Source: an uncultured Megasphaera sp.
GTDB taxonomy: Bacteria > Bacillota > Negativicutes > Veillonellales > Megasphaeraceae
Assembly: GCA_902388315.1 (NCBI GenBank)
Contig: CABMPA010000001.1
Span: 1-35,550, forward strand
Length of the DNA stretch: 35,550 nucleotides
Reading direction: 5' to 3'
Below the pieces are notes generated by a model that saw only the letters and a list, made by a program, of their open reading frames with translations, ran no database searches and had not been told where the DNA came from. Of this stretch, positions 7,718 to 16,652 are shown in pieces (the stretch's first letter is position 1; each line of letters begins with the position of its first letter). The position numbers and the translations under genes were made by a program.

Positions 7718-9740
7718 GTTCCCCCGTCTTCTTTGCACTCATATCACTGATTTTCCAAGTATTCCCTTCTTTTGTCATCGTCACCTGGCCGTTGAAATAC
7801 TGGACTTTGACTTTGGCACTGCCTGGGATGCGGTCCCGTGCTTTCAAGGTGAAGGCAAAAGTCGCCTTATTCCCGCCAGAAGCAACTTTGCGGATATTGG
7901 AAACGTCGCTGGAAATCGTATTGGCATAGCCTGGTGCATAGCCATCATAACCACCGACAGAATTCTGGAATTCATCCGTCAGCATTTGGAAGGCATCTTG
8001 CAGGTGGTGACTGGAAATGGCCTGGTGATAAGCCATGAAGGCCTGTTTCGCTCCATCTGCCTGTTCATCGGCCAGGCGAACGCTGATGTATTCGACGGTC
8101 TGGCTGTTCTTGCTGACGGCAAAGCGCAAAATCCCCGGTTTCCCATCGTCCGTCTTAAAGGTGTATTCATAATGAATCTGGGCGCCGTATTCCGAAGCCT
8201 GGTAATCATCGCCATAGGCATTGACGACGTCGTCGAAAGAGCTTCCCTGATGGATGCCCCGCTTACTCTGCGCTGCCGCTGAAGCCGAGGTCAGCATGAT
8301 GACCTTATCATCTTTGACGACGACATCCATATCGGTAAACTTATGATGAACGGCACCGTCTTTACTGTCCGATGTACTCAGTTCCCGTCCTAGTCCTTCT
8401 TTGGCGTCCTCCCAGGATTGCCCCAGGTAAACGCCGTTTAAAGAAAGTTCAGAATCAGCCGTTTTGGCAGGCTCGGACGATACCGTACTTCCCTTGGCCG
8501 GGACGGCTTTCTGTTCATGAGCGTACCATATACCGCCGGCCAGGGCCACGATGAGGACACAGGCCAGGGCGATGATGAGATTGCGATGAGCCTGCAACTG
8601 CGTCTTCAAAGGAACCGCTTTCGATGGCATGACCACAGGAGGCGTCGCAGGATGCCTGTCAGGATGAACCGCCTTTTCTTCCGGCTGTGCCGCTGTCAGA
8701 TGACCGTACCGGGTTTCCGGGACCTGCAGCCGGGCTCCGCAAGACGGACAGAATTTCGCCGACGGGTCGACAGGCTGGTGACATTGCGGGCAGGTATTGA
8801 CGGGTTTGCCACAATGACTGCAAAAGGCAGCATCAGCTGCTATGGGACGGCCGCAATGAGGGCAGTATTTTCCATTTACTCCGTTTACATTTTGCATTGA
8901 CATCTTATTTTTATCACTTTGCTCGTTGGCTTGGTTATCGCCCGTATCGTCAAAGTCAAACGATGTAAACATGTTTTCACCGCTCAAGGTGCCAATCGAC
9001 GCCAGGGAAGAAATGCCAAAGATGAAAAACAGGGCCGTCATGGGAACGGTACACATGAGGCGGAAGGCCTGATAGAAGGAAGTCCCCAACCGTTCTTCCC
9101 GGCGATAGATATAATGCTGGCAGAAAACGGGAATCAGCCAGACCAGGACCAGGAGAACGGCATAGCCGATGAAGGTCCCATAACCGCCGCGATTCATGCC
9201 GAACATCATCTGGGTCATACTATAGACGATGTGACCGACGACGGCAGCCGTACAAAGAGCACTGACAAGCCAGCTGAGGATGACGTAGTAAATATAGCGG
9301 CGGTATTGGCTGATATAGTGCCAGCGGCGGCGATTCACATAAACAGTAGCGATGATACCCAAGATACAGAGAATCGCAGCCACAGTCCCACTGAAAAGTT
9401 CCGCAATCAAGATCAACAAGAGGTCTACGACAAAATAGCCCAGGAACATTTTGAGCAGGTAAGTTAAAGCCCGCGTCTTGTAGAGCAGGTAAATCATGAT
9501 GACAAGAAGGGCCAGCGAAACCAGTGTATTGAGGCCGCTGAAAAAGGACAGGACATTCATGGTCCGCCGTATTCCAACAGGACCGCCGAACAAGCCGATC
9601 ATAGCCAGTCCCCGCAGGGCGAATTCAAATAAAGTTCCCAAGACCGTCGTCACAACGCCAACATACAGCATGGCAATGATAGCCGTGTACTTCTTATGCT
9701 CAGTCGGAAACCACTTGCCAAAATAGCCTAATGAATCCAT
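7707..9740 (-). CDS. Multi-TM membrane protein with double zinc ribbon, further TM and extracytoplasmic domains, 677 aa
   Basis: About 7 hydrophobic segments in the N-terminal 250 aa; CPHC..CSHC..CPQC..CPSC; TM LIIALACVLIVALAGGIWY; C-terminal NTF2-like end (GQVTMTKEGNTWKISD); GGAGG RBS. Confidence 0.8.
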   Translation of the reverse strand: MDSLGYFGKWFPTEHKKYTAIIAMLYVGVVTTVLGTLFEFALRGLAMIGLFGGPVGIRRTMNVLSFFSGLNTLVSLALLVIMIYLLYKTRALTYLLKMFLGYFVVDLLLILIAELFSGTVAAILCILGIIATVYVNRRRWHYISQYRRYIYYVILSWLVSALCTAAVVGHIVYSMTQMMFGMNRGGYGTFIGYAVLLVLVWLIPVFCQHYIYRREERLGTSFYQAFRLMCTVPMTALFFIFGISSLASIGTLSGENMFTSFDFDDTGDNQANEQSDKNKMSMQNVNGVNGKYCPHCGRPIAADAAFCSHCGKPVNTCPQCHQPVDPSAKFCPSCGARLQVPETRYGHLTAAQPEEKAVHPDRHPATPPVVMPSKAVPLKTQLQAHRNLIIALACVLIVALAGGIWYAHEQKAVPAKGSTVSSEPAKTADSELSLNGVYLGQSWEDAKEGLGRELSTSDSKDGAVHHKFTDMDVVVKDDKVIMLTSASAAAQSKRGIHQGSSFDDVVNAYGDDYQASEYGAQIHYEYTFKTDDGKPGILRFAVSKNSQTVEYISVRLADEQADGAKQAFMAYHQAISSHHLQDAFQMLTDEFQNSVGGYDGYAPGYANTISSDVSNIRKVASGGNKATFAFTLKARDRIPGSAKVKVQYFNGQVTMTKEGNTWKISDMSAKKTGEHVE

Positions 9741-9803
9741 AGAAACACCTCCGTGCAGATAAGGGTAATTATAATTTTATGTTACACCTATTCGGCAAAA
9801 AGG

Positions 9804-9854
9804 AAAAGGGGCTGTCGCACGAAGGTTTGTGCTATCATGCGACAGCCTCTTTTT
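9804..9854 (-). repeat. Long hairpin (module C) of the repeat family between divergent genes
   Basis: AAAAGGGGCTGTCGCACGAAGGtttgtgctATCATGCGACAGCCTCTTTTT. Confidence 0.85.
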
Positions 9855-9926
9855 GAGTAATGTCCTTGATTTTTCACAGCTTTTTCTCTACTATAAAAAG
9901 TAACAACTACATATGCGAGGTGTTCT

Positions 9927-11015
9927 ATGGACAGACAGCAAATGACACGCCGGGAGTGGGTATCGGCACAGCTCACGACTTGGCAGAATGTTTTGAGTGC
10001 CATCTGGATTTTCGCTATCCTCATGTATACTTTTGTCCGCGGCTTCAATCCCTGGGTCATCATCGGTGGTTTCGTCGCCTTTTTTATCATTACGGCCTGG
10101 CAGATGATTTACATGATGCTCGCCTTTTCGCTCATCGCCGGCGGGCTCTGTGCCATGTTCCCCTTTTTGGCACCCATAGCCTTCATCATCATGATCATCC
10201 TCTTCTTTGCCCGCATCGGCTTTATCTTGAAGAACTGGCGGGCTGTCATCGCCGGGCTCATGATGTACGGCCTGGCCTTTGTGCTCTACTTCTGCATGGA
10301 TTGGCTGAACCTCTTATACCGGCCGCTCTACCGGGGGCTGGCAACGATGGTAAACATGTTTCCTCATGTTTTCTTTACCCTCATTCACGCTTCTCTCTTG
10401 GTGCGGGTATTGGCCTTGACGGCTTTAGCCACCCTCATTGCCTTCGTGTTCCAGCTCTTATTATATTGGCTCTACCGGAATGGTTACTCCTCATCAGGCG
10501 CTTTGAACATCATGGGCAGTATCCCCCTGGTCATCATCGCCCTGGTCCTGCCCTTCCTGAAAGCCGCTGCCGGCGGCGTCGTCGACAGTGGCATGGCTGA
10601 CGGCTTCGCCCACGACGGGGCCTTTGCCCATGACGGCGCAGTCACCCACGAAGGCTTAGTCAAAGCCCCTTCCGGTTACCATCATGTAAACGGCTATACC
10701 CGCATCGCACCAGATGGTCATACAGAATACGTCCACGACTACATCCGCTCCAACCCGGACGGCATCCTCGAAAACAATCTCTCTTATCATGGCAATCATC
10801 CCATCGTCGAAGGATCCTATCAGACAATTCCAGGAGAAGCCGGCCACGTCCCGGCCAGTACAGGCCAGCCCCTTTACGTTATGCTGGCAGGCAGCATCAA
10901 AAGCGGCATCCATGCCATCACCGGCATAAGCCGCCATACCCTCGTCATGCTCTTTCTCATTTACACGGCTGTCTTCCTCGTGACCAGTGTGGGCATTTAC
11001 ATTGTTTATCGGTGA
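9927..11015 (+). CDS. Hypothetical polytopic membrane protein with His-rich soluble segment, 362 aa
   Basis: GAGGTG RBS; 6-7 TM segments; HHVNGYTR..DG...VHDYIRSNPDG...NNLSY motif; C-terminal TM. Confidence 0.8.
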   Translation: MDRQQMTRREWVSAQLTTWQNVLSAIWIFAILMYTFVRGFNPWVIIGGFVAFFIITAWQMIYMMLAFSLIAGGLCAMFPFLAPIAFIIMIILFFARIGFILKNWRAVIAGLMMYGLAFVLYFCMDWLNLLYRPLYRGLATMVNMFPHVFFTLIHASLLVRVLALTALATLIAFVFQLLLYWLYRNGYSSSGALNIMGSIPLVIIALVLPFLKAAAGGVVDSGMADGFAHDGAFAHDGAVTHEGLVKAPSGYHHVNGYTRIAPDGHTEYVHDYIRSNPDGILENNLSYHGNHPIVEGSYQTIPGEAGHVPASTGQPLYVMLAGSIKSGIHAITGISRHTLVMLFLIYTAVFLVTSVGIYIVYR

Positions 11016-11130
11016 AAAAAAGGCTGTCGCTCATGCGACAGCCTTTTTTGAGTATTAAGTTTGCAGTTGTTAGTTTTTAGTGAAGAGAAAGCGCCTCTCA
11101 TGATGGCAGAAGCCTTCGTGCGACGCCCTT
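11016..11130 (+). repeat. Composite repeat: module A, left half of module B, module C; also bidirectional terminator
   Basis: AAAAAAGGCTGTCGC..GCGACAGCCTTTTTT, GAGTATTAAGTTTGCAGTTGTTAGTTTTTAGTGAAG, CTCTCATGATGGCAGAAGCCTTCGTGCGACGCCC. Confidence 0.85.
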
Positions 11131-11131
11131 C

Positions 11132-12292
11132 TCAATACCATTCGTTGATCCAGTTTTTTTCGGTCGGGAAGAGTTCCTGCAAGGTCTGCAGGGCTTTGTC
11201 GCTTCCCTGGAGTTTTTCGTTGAAGACCAGGTCGTTTACATCCATGGCGCCGAAGGCCAGCAAGGCCAGGGTGCCGATGGGCATGGTGACGTCGGCGGCT
11301 TTCTCTGTTTCCCGGACAACCTTTGGTTTACCATCGTTTACCATAAAGGTAAAGGTCCCACAGTTCCAGGCTGCCAGCGGGTCTTCCGTATAGAAGGTGA
11401 CTGTCCCGTCATTTTGATAAGGCAGCTGTTCCAGCGCGCCTTTGACGTCGACGATGCGGCCTGTCATGAATGGCATCGTTTCGTGACCCTGTTTCCCGTC
11501 GGGATAGAAGCGATAGGACTGGTCATGGAGGCCTTCATTCCACTGAAAGGCTTCCCCCTGGGAACGGTGGTTGTACATGTACCCTAAAAGGCCCCGTTTC
11601 CCTTTACGGCAGGTGTAAACGAATTCACCGCTGACGATGGTCGCTTCTCCCAGCTGATAAAAAGCATAGCCAATGGGTTCGTCGCCGTCAAAGCAGACGG
11701 CGATGTTGCCTTCAGCCAGCTGGGCTTCGATATGGCTCCGCCAGCTTTGTTCATCGCGAAGGGCATAGCCTGACAGGCCTTTCGTATAGCCTTCATAAAC
11801 AGCTGCCAGATAGGGCCACTGGTCCGGGCTGTTGACAAAGGCGTAGCGCACGGTCCGGTCCGTCAACGGACGCAAAGCGTCTAACGGCATCGTTTCCTTC
11901 CACTGATGGCAGTAGAGTTCATAACCATAAGGCTGGTAAAAGCCGGCCTTGCTGGGCATGAGAATGTGAAGATAATGACCGCGGCGCTTCATTTCCTCCA
12001 AGGCTGCCGTCAGCAGTTTCCCGCCGACACCACTGCGCCGGGCTGCCGGATGGGTCGCCAGGCCGACGATATACGACGTGTCGATGGCTTTGCCGCGCAG
12101 GCACAGCGTATACGGGTTGAGATGGGTCAGGCAGGCCATGTCATCGCCTTCAAAGCCCATGAGAACGTTTTCAGGCTGATAAAAATGATTGAAGTACCAC
12201 TGGAAAAAAGGGTCTTCCCGGTGTTCAAAACAGTAATCCCAAAGGCTTTCGACGAGGCCCTGGTCCGATTCGGTCGCTAAACGGAAGTGCAT
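11132..12292 (-). CDS. Eis-family GNAT acetyltransferase with C-terminal SCP2-like domain, 386 aa
   Basis: YIVGLATHPAARRSGVGGKLL acetyl-CoA motif, FYQPYGY, MTGRIVDVKGAL, C-terminal INEWY. Confidence 0.88.
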   Translation of the reverse strand: MHFRLATESDQGLVESLWDYCFEHREDPFFQWYFNHFYQPENVLMGFEGDDMACLTHLNPYTLCLRGKAIDTSYIVGLATHPAARRSGVGGKLLTAALEEMKRRGHYLHILMPSKAGFYQPYGYELYCHQWKETMPLDALRPLTDRTVRYAFVNSPDQWPYLAAVYEGYTKGLSGYALRDEQSWRSHIEAQLAEGNIAVCFDGDEPIGYAFYQLGEATIVSGEFVYTCRKGKRGLLGYMYNHRSQGEAFQWNEGLHDQSYRFYPDGKQGHETMPFMTGRIVDVKGALEQLPYQNDGTVTFYTEDPLAAWNCGTFTFMVNDGKPKVVRETEKAADVTMPIGTLALLAFGAMDVNDLVFNEKLQGSDKALQTLQELFPTEKNWINEWY

Positions 12293-12304
12293 AGAAAAGC
12301 CCCC

Positions 12305-13213
12305 TTATTTCTGGCGCAGTGTGACATCGTATTTTTCAACGAAGTGATCCGGATTATACGATTCTTTCGAATGGCGCAGACCAGGAATCCCCATATCTTC
12401 TTCACGGTTGATGTATGTCGTATGCGGCCAGGCATGAACGACGAATTCATGATTGATGACCTGATACAAGCCACGGATCGTCGGGTCGCTCTTTTCAAAA
12501 TGGATGATGGCCGTATCATCGTTGAGCATCTCGCCGATGGAGAAAGCGACGATTTTATTGTACATGCGGATGGCACCGCCCGTCGGCTGGAGGATTTCCC
12601 AGTTATTGAATACCGTTTCGATGGCATGGCGTTCACCTAAGAGTTCATCATCTTCGTCACCGGCTTCGTGCTGGTCATACCAGGATTTTTCAGCGGCCAG
12701 ACATTCATCGAAGATGTCTTCCGTAATGGGAACATATTCCCAGTTGCCGAAATACTGATTGCGGAAATGATTGAGGTTATTCTTCTTCTGGCGGTATTTC
12801 TTGCCCGATAAGTTGATCAGGTTCTGGGTCAGATAAACGTATTCATAATTGTCACGGTCCGGCGTGAAGTCATAACAGTCTTCACAGAGGGCCTTGATGC
12901 GTTCGACCGCTGCCGGCGTAACGCCTTTCATCAGGAAAGGATAGCCGTGTTCCTCGAACCATTCATGCATGCGCAGGACGCCTTTGGCGAAACTGCCGTC
13001 TTTGCGGGCGAAAGGCGGGATCCAGAACTGCTTCTTGCCGCGGCCAGAGCGTATATACAGGACGTTATCTTCTTCAGCCCATTGGATTTCATACGGTTTC
13101 TGCCAGGCAAAGAGCGTCATGAACGTAGCGTCGGCCTGTTCATATCTTTTCTGATGAAAATAGTCATCTATAATAGGTTTATCTTCCAATCGAATTTCTC
13201 TGAATTCAATAAT
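12305..13213 (-). CDS. DUF2156 (aminoacyl-PG synthase/Fem-like GNAT domain) soluble protein, about 302 aa; probable ATT start (alternative TTG at 13189)
   Basis: DRDNYEYVY, LSGKKYRQKKN, IHFEKS, GLYQVIN, YINREEDMGIPGLRHSKESYNP; only RBS (GGGGGAG, 13220-13226) lies 6 nt before ATT at 13213. Confidence 0.85.
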   Translation of the reverse strand: MIEFREIRLEDKPIIDDYFHQKRYEQADATFMTLFAWQKPYEIQWAEEDNVLYIRSGRGKKQFWIPPFARKDGSFAKGVLRMHEWFEEHGYPFLMKGVTPAAVERIKALCEDCYDFTPDRDNYEYVYLTQNLINLSGKKYRQKKNNLNHFRNQYFGNWEYVPITEDIFDECLAAEKSWYDQHEAGDEDDELLGERHAIETVFNNWEILQPTGGAIRMYNKIVAFSIGEMLNDDTAIIHFEKSDPTIRGLYQVINHEFVVHAWPHTTYINREEDMGIPGLRHSKESYNPDHFVEKYDVTLRQK

Positions 13214-13235
13214 AGTAATCTCCCCCTAACTAGGA

Positions 13236-13844
13236 TTACACTTTAGACACATAAGGATTATCCTTTATATAGAACCGCCAGGGAAAATATTTCCCCCGTT
13301 CGGCATAATCAATGTTAATGCGTGTCGTCTGAACAATAGAAAAAGGTTCCTGACGCGATGGCTGGACCAGATAGAGTTCATCGCCGGTTAAATCCAGGCT
13401 GTTCTGGTCCCGTGTAATAGCCAGGGCCTGACAAAGTTTCCCTGGACCATTGGTCAGATTCTTGCTGATTTTCTTAGCTTTCCGGCGCTGTACCATCAGG
13501 CCAGTTCCTTCGACAGGTTCAATGGACCGGATGAGCACGGCCTGGCCTTCCCCTTCCGGGCCGGCAACGATATTAAAGCAGCAGTACATGCCATAAATCA
13601 GGTAAACGTAGCTGATACCGCCGACGTGGAACATCGGTGCCGTCCGCCTGGTAAGGCCACGGAAGCTATGGGCCCCATCGTCAGGAAAACCGTCGTAACA
13701 GCCGCCATAAGCTTCCGTCTCGACGATACGGCCGCTGCAGATGCCCTGTGGTGTTTCATGGACGATATACTGGCCCAGCAGGCGTGGGGCCAGCAGACTG
13801 GCAGGGACAGAAAACTCGTCAGCCGTCCATCGCCGGCCGGTCAT
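13236..13844 (-). CDS. mpg: DNA-3-methyladenine glycosylase (AAG/Mpg family), 202 aa
   Basis: GRIVETEAY, YVYLIYGMYCCFNIV, AVLIRSIEP, NGPGKLCQAL, PWRFY. Confidence 0.93.
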   Translation of the reverse strand: MTGRRWTADEFSVPASLLAPRLLGQYIVHETPQGICSGRIVETEAYGGCYDGFPDDGAHSFRGLTRRTAPMFHVGGISYVYLIYGMYCCFNIVAGPEGEGQAVLIRSIEPVEGTGLMVQRRKAKKISKNLTNGPGKLCQALAITRDQNSLDLTGDELYLVQPSRQEPFSIVQTTRINIDYAERGKYFPWRFYIKDNPYVSKV

Positions 13845-14590
13845 GCTTTCTTACGGTAGCCTAAGGAATGAGAAATCTCATAGGCATACTGGCTCATAGT
13901 GAACAGCATCTTCTGACGGATGGAATCATAAAAGCGCATAGACGGCCCGGCAATGGTCAAGGATGCGATGACCTGGCCTTCAAAATTGAAGATAGGCACA
14001 GACAGGGCAAACAAGCCGTGTTCGCTTTCATCCTGGGTAATGGCATAACCGTTATGGCGGATAGCCGCGAACTCTTCTTCTGAAATATTGCCGTATTTTT
14101 CGATATACCGCTGGCGTTCCTCATCGCTCGTCCAGGCCAGCAGCACCCGGCCGGCAGCGCCCTTATAGAGCGGCAGCGATTCCCCGATGGGAATGACCCG
14201 GCGCAGGGAATGGGTGCTTTCTACATGGTCGAGACAGATACGGCAGTCGCCTTCGGCAATGTAAATACTGACCGTTTCATTAAACAGCTGTTGTAAACGC
14301 CGTAAATACGGTTTGGCCAGGGTAATGACATTTTCTGTCCAATGAGACGAATAGCCCAGCGCCAGGGCCCTGGGCCCCAGCCGGTACTGTTTGGACGTAT
14401 CATTGCGCGTCAGATACTGGCGCCGTTCCAACGTGTTTACAATGCGGAAGGCTGTCGACGTATTCAAGTGGGTGTGCTCAGCGATTTCCTTCAAGGTCAT
14501 CCCTGTATTACATTCCACAAAGAGGTCGAGGACGTCGAGGCTCTTTTCCAAGGATTTCAATAAACTGCTGTGATGTTCTTCTTTTACCAC
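13841..14590 (-). CDS. IclR family transcriptional regulator, 249 aa
   Basis: SLEKSLDVL, HTH STAFRIVNTL, YRLGP, LPLYKGAAGRVLLA, IR..GYA, SVPIF. Confidence 0.92.
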   Translation of the reverse strand: MVKEEHHSSLLKSLEKSLDVLDLFVECNTGMTLKEIAEHTHLNTSTAFRIVNTLERRQYLTRNDTSKQYRLGPRALALGYSSHWTENVITLAKPYLRRLQQLFNETVSIYIAEGDCRICLDHVESTHSLRRVIPIGESLPLYKGAAGRVLLAWTSDEERQRYIEKYGNISEEEFAAIRHNGYAITQDESEHGLFALSVPIFNFEGQVIASLTIAGPSMRFYDSIRQKMLFTMSQYAYEISHSLGYRKKA

Positions 14591-14611
14591 TGGCTCTCAC
14601 CCTCCTTGGAA

Positions 14612-15787
14612 CTACGATTTAACTTTCATGCCGATTTCCAGCGAATCAGGCGGATCGGCAACGACGACATCACCTTCGTCAAGGCCATCGAGGATAACGA
14701 CGCGGCCGTCCTCTTCATCACCCGTCAGGACGGCACGGGCATCGGCAAGGCCGCTGTCATTGACGATGTAAACGAAGTCACCGCTGTCTTTCGTGCGGAC
14801 TGCCGTCTTGGGGACGGTGATCTGGGAGACTTCCTTAGGCGTGGCGATGCGGACGTGATAGAATTCGCCGGGAACGAACAGGTTCTTGGCGTTATTGAAG
14901 GTCACTTTGGCCATATAAGAACCGGTTGAAGGATCCTTTGTCGTCGCCAAGTAGGTCAGTTCCCCTGTTTCCGTTTCGCCGGAGGCGGCGATGATGGAAA
15001 CCTGCAAGCTGCCGTCTTTTTTGGCATCCTGCAGGGCGTCGATATACATTTCGGGAATAGCGAAGGTCGCAACTAAAGGAGACATCTGCTGGATGGTAGC
15101 CAGGACATTGCCGGCAACGGCTACCGATGGATTATCTGCGACAGCCGTGACCCGTCCGTCAAGGGGCGAATAAATCGTCGTGTTGCCCAGCATATCACGG
15201 GCAGACTGGACGGCCTGCTGCAGCTGGGCGATTTTTTCGTGATCCACAGCCGGAGTTTCCTGAACCTGGACAGTCTGTGTCGTTTCTCCCTGCGAAGAAG
15301 ACGAACCACCAGAATCGGCCATCATCTGATTATATTCCACTTTGGATAAGGCCCCCATATTATACCAGGCCTTCAGTTCCGCCCGGTGGCCGCTGTTATC
15401 GCCGCCACCGCCACCACCGCCGCCGCTGCTGGCTGGTACGGTAACGGTTCTATACGTCGGCGTCGATGCCGATGAAGCGGCAACCAACTGCGCTTCAGCC
15501 TGGCTGACGCTCTGCTGATAAGGCGCCGAATCGACTTGGACGACGACTTCACCGGCTTTGACTTCCTGACCGACGGCCAACGGCGTCGATACAAGTTTCC
15601 CCGACAACTTCGGCACGATATTGGTCATATGTAAAGCCGTAATATTGGCATCCAGTGTCAGAGCCACAGGATGGTCTGACTTGGAAACCGTTTCAGTTTT
15701 CGTAGACACGCTGTTGCCGCAGCCCGAAAGGACTGATACAGCCAAGGCAGCCGTACAGGCAAGGACGGCCCATTTCTTTAATTTCAC
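14612..15787 (-). CDS. RND/ABC efflux periplasmic adaptor (membrane fusion) lipoprotein with poly-Gly insert, 391 aa
   Basis: Lipobox LSGC; PKLSG..VGQEVKAG lipoyl half, TIYSPLDGRV, VPKTAV, GLDEGDVVV; GTG start after GAGGGG. Confidence 0.85.
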   Translation of the reverse strand: MKLKKWAVLACTAALAVSVLSGCGNSVSTKTETVSKSDHPVALTLDANITALHMTNIVPKLSGKLVSTPLAVGQEVKAGEVVVQVDSAPYQQSVSQAEAQLVAASSASTPTYRTVTVPASSGGGGGGGGDNSGHRAELKAWYNMGALSKVEYNQMMADSGGSSSSQGETTQTVQVQETPAVDHEKIAQLQQAVQSARDMLGNTTIYSPLDGRVTAVADNPSVAVAGNVLATIQQMSPLVATFAIPEMYIDALQDAKKDGSLQVSIIAASGETETGELTYLATTKDPSTGSYMAKVTFNNAKNLFVPGEFYHVRIATPKEVSQITVPKTAVRTKDSGDFVYIVNDSGLADARAVLTGDEEDGRVVILDGLDEGDVVVADPPDSLEIGMKVKS

Positions 15788-15808
15788 GATATCCCCTCTT
15801 CGCGTAGG

Positions 15809-16054
15809 TTAAAAAAACGTGTAATACAAGGTAACCAGTATGACCCCGGGCAAGCCGAACAGGCCGATGATGAGGCCCGTACCGATGGTGATGGGGACGT
15901 GCTGGAAGCCAAAAAGATAGCCAAAATGGTTGACGCCGTAAAGGACGATGAGCCCGACGACGACATTGACCACTAAATGGCGCATAGGTGCCAGGATAAG
16001 CTTATGCACTAAAAACAAGATGAAAACGCCTGCGGCTATCCATAGATATTCCAT
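15809..16054 (-). CDS. bofA: BofA-family (pro-sigmaK processing inhibitor) small membrane protein, 81 aa
   Basis: N.VVG..VLY.VN.FG....VPI......IG..GLPG pattern; conserved position after recR; GAGGG RBS. Confidence 0.75.
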   Translation of the reverse strand: MEYLWIAAGVFILFLVHKLILAPMRHLVVNVVVGLIVLYGVNHFGYLFGFQHVPITIGTGLIIGLFGLPGVILVTLYYTFF

Positions 16055-16061
16055 AATACCC

Positions 16062-16652
16062 TCACATTTCCTGCCGATTGGCAACGGCACCAGCCAGCGT
16101 CGCTTCGTCAGCATATTCAATGTCGCCGCCCATAGGAAGGCCGCGGGCAATGCGGGTCACGCGGATGCCAGCGGTCTTGATGAGGCGGGCCAGATACAAA
16201 GCCGTCGCTTCCCCTTCCACGTCAGGGTCCGTCGCCAGGATGACTTCCTTGACGGTCGTATTGCCCAGGCGCTGCAGGAGCTCGCGGATGCGCAGGTCTT
16301 CGACATTGACGCCATCCAGGGGCGACAAGGCGCCGTGCAGGACGTGGTAGAGCCCGTGATAATCACCGCTGCGTTCAATGGCCTGGACATCCTGCGGCGT
16401 TTCGACGACACAGATCGTCGAGCGGTCGCGGCTGATGTCACTGCAAATCGGGCACGGGTCCTGGGATGATAAGTTGAAGCAGACCGAGCAAAAATGCATA
16501 TTCTGTTTCGCATCGCGGATAGCATCGACAAATTCATCGACACGGCTGGCCGGCTGCTGGACGATATAGTAGGCCAGCTTGCGTGCCGTCTTGACGCCAA
16601 TGCCAGGAAGGCGGCGGAACTCCTCGGTCAGCTTATCTAATGGCGTATCCAT
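16062..16652 (-). CDS. recR: Recombination mediator RecR, 196 aa
   Basis: LPGIGVKTA HhH, C4 zinc finger, YHVLHGALSPLDG, EVILATDPDVEGEAT Toprim; TAATG coupling with ybaB. Confidence 0.97.
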   Translation of the reverse strand: MDTPLDKLTEEFRRLPGIGVKTARKLAYYIVQQPASRVDEFVDAIRDAKQNMHFCSVCFNLSSQDPCPICSDISRDRSTICVVETPQDVQAIERSGDYHGLYHVLHGALSPLDGVNVEDLRIRELLQRLGNTTVKEVILATDPDVEGEATALYLARLIKTAGIRVTRIARGLPMGGDIEYADEATLAGAVANRQEM

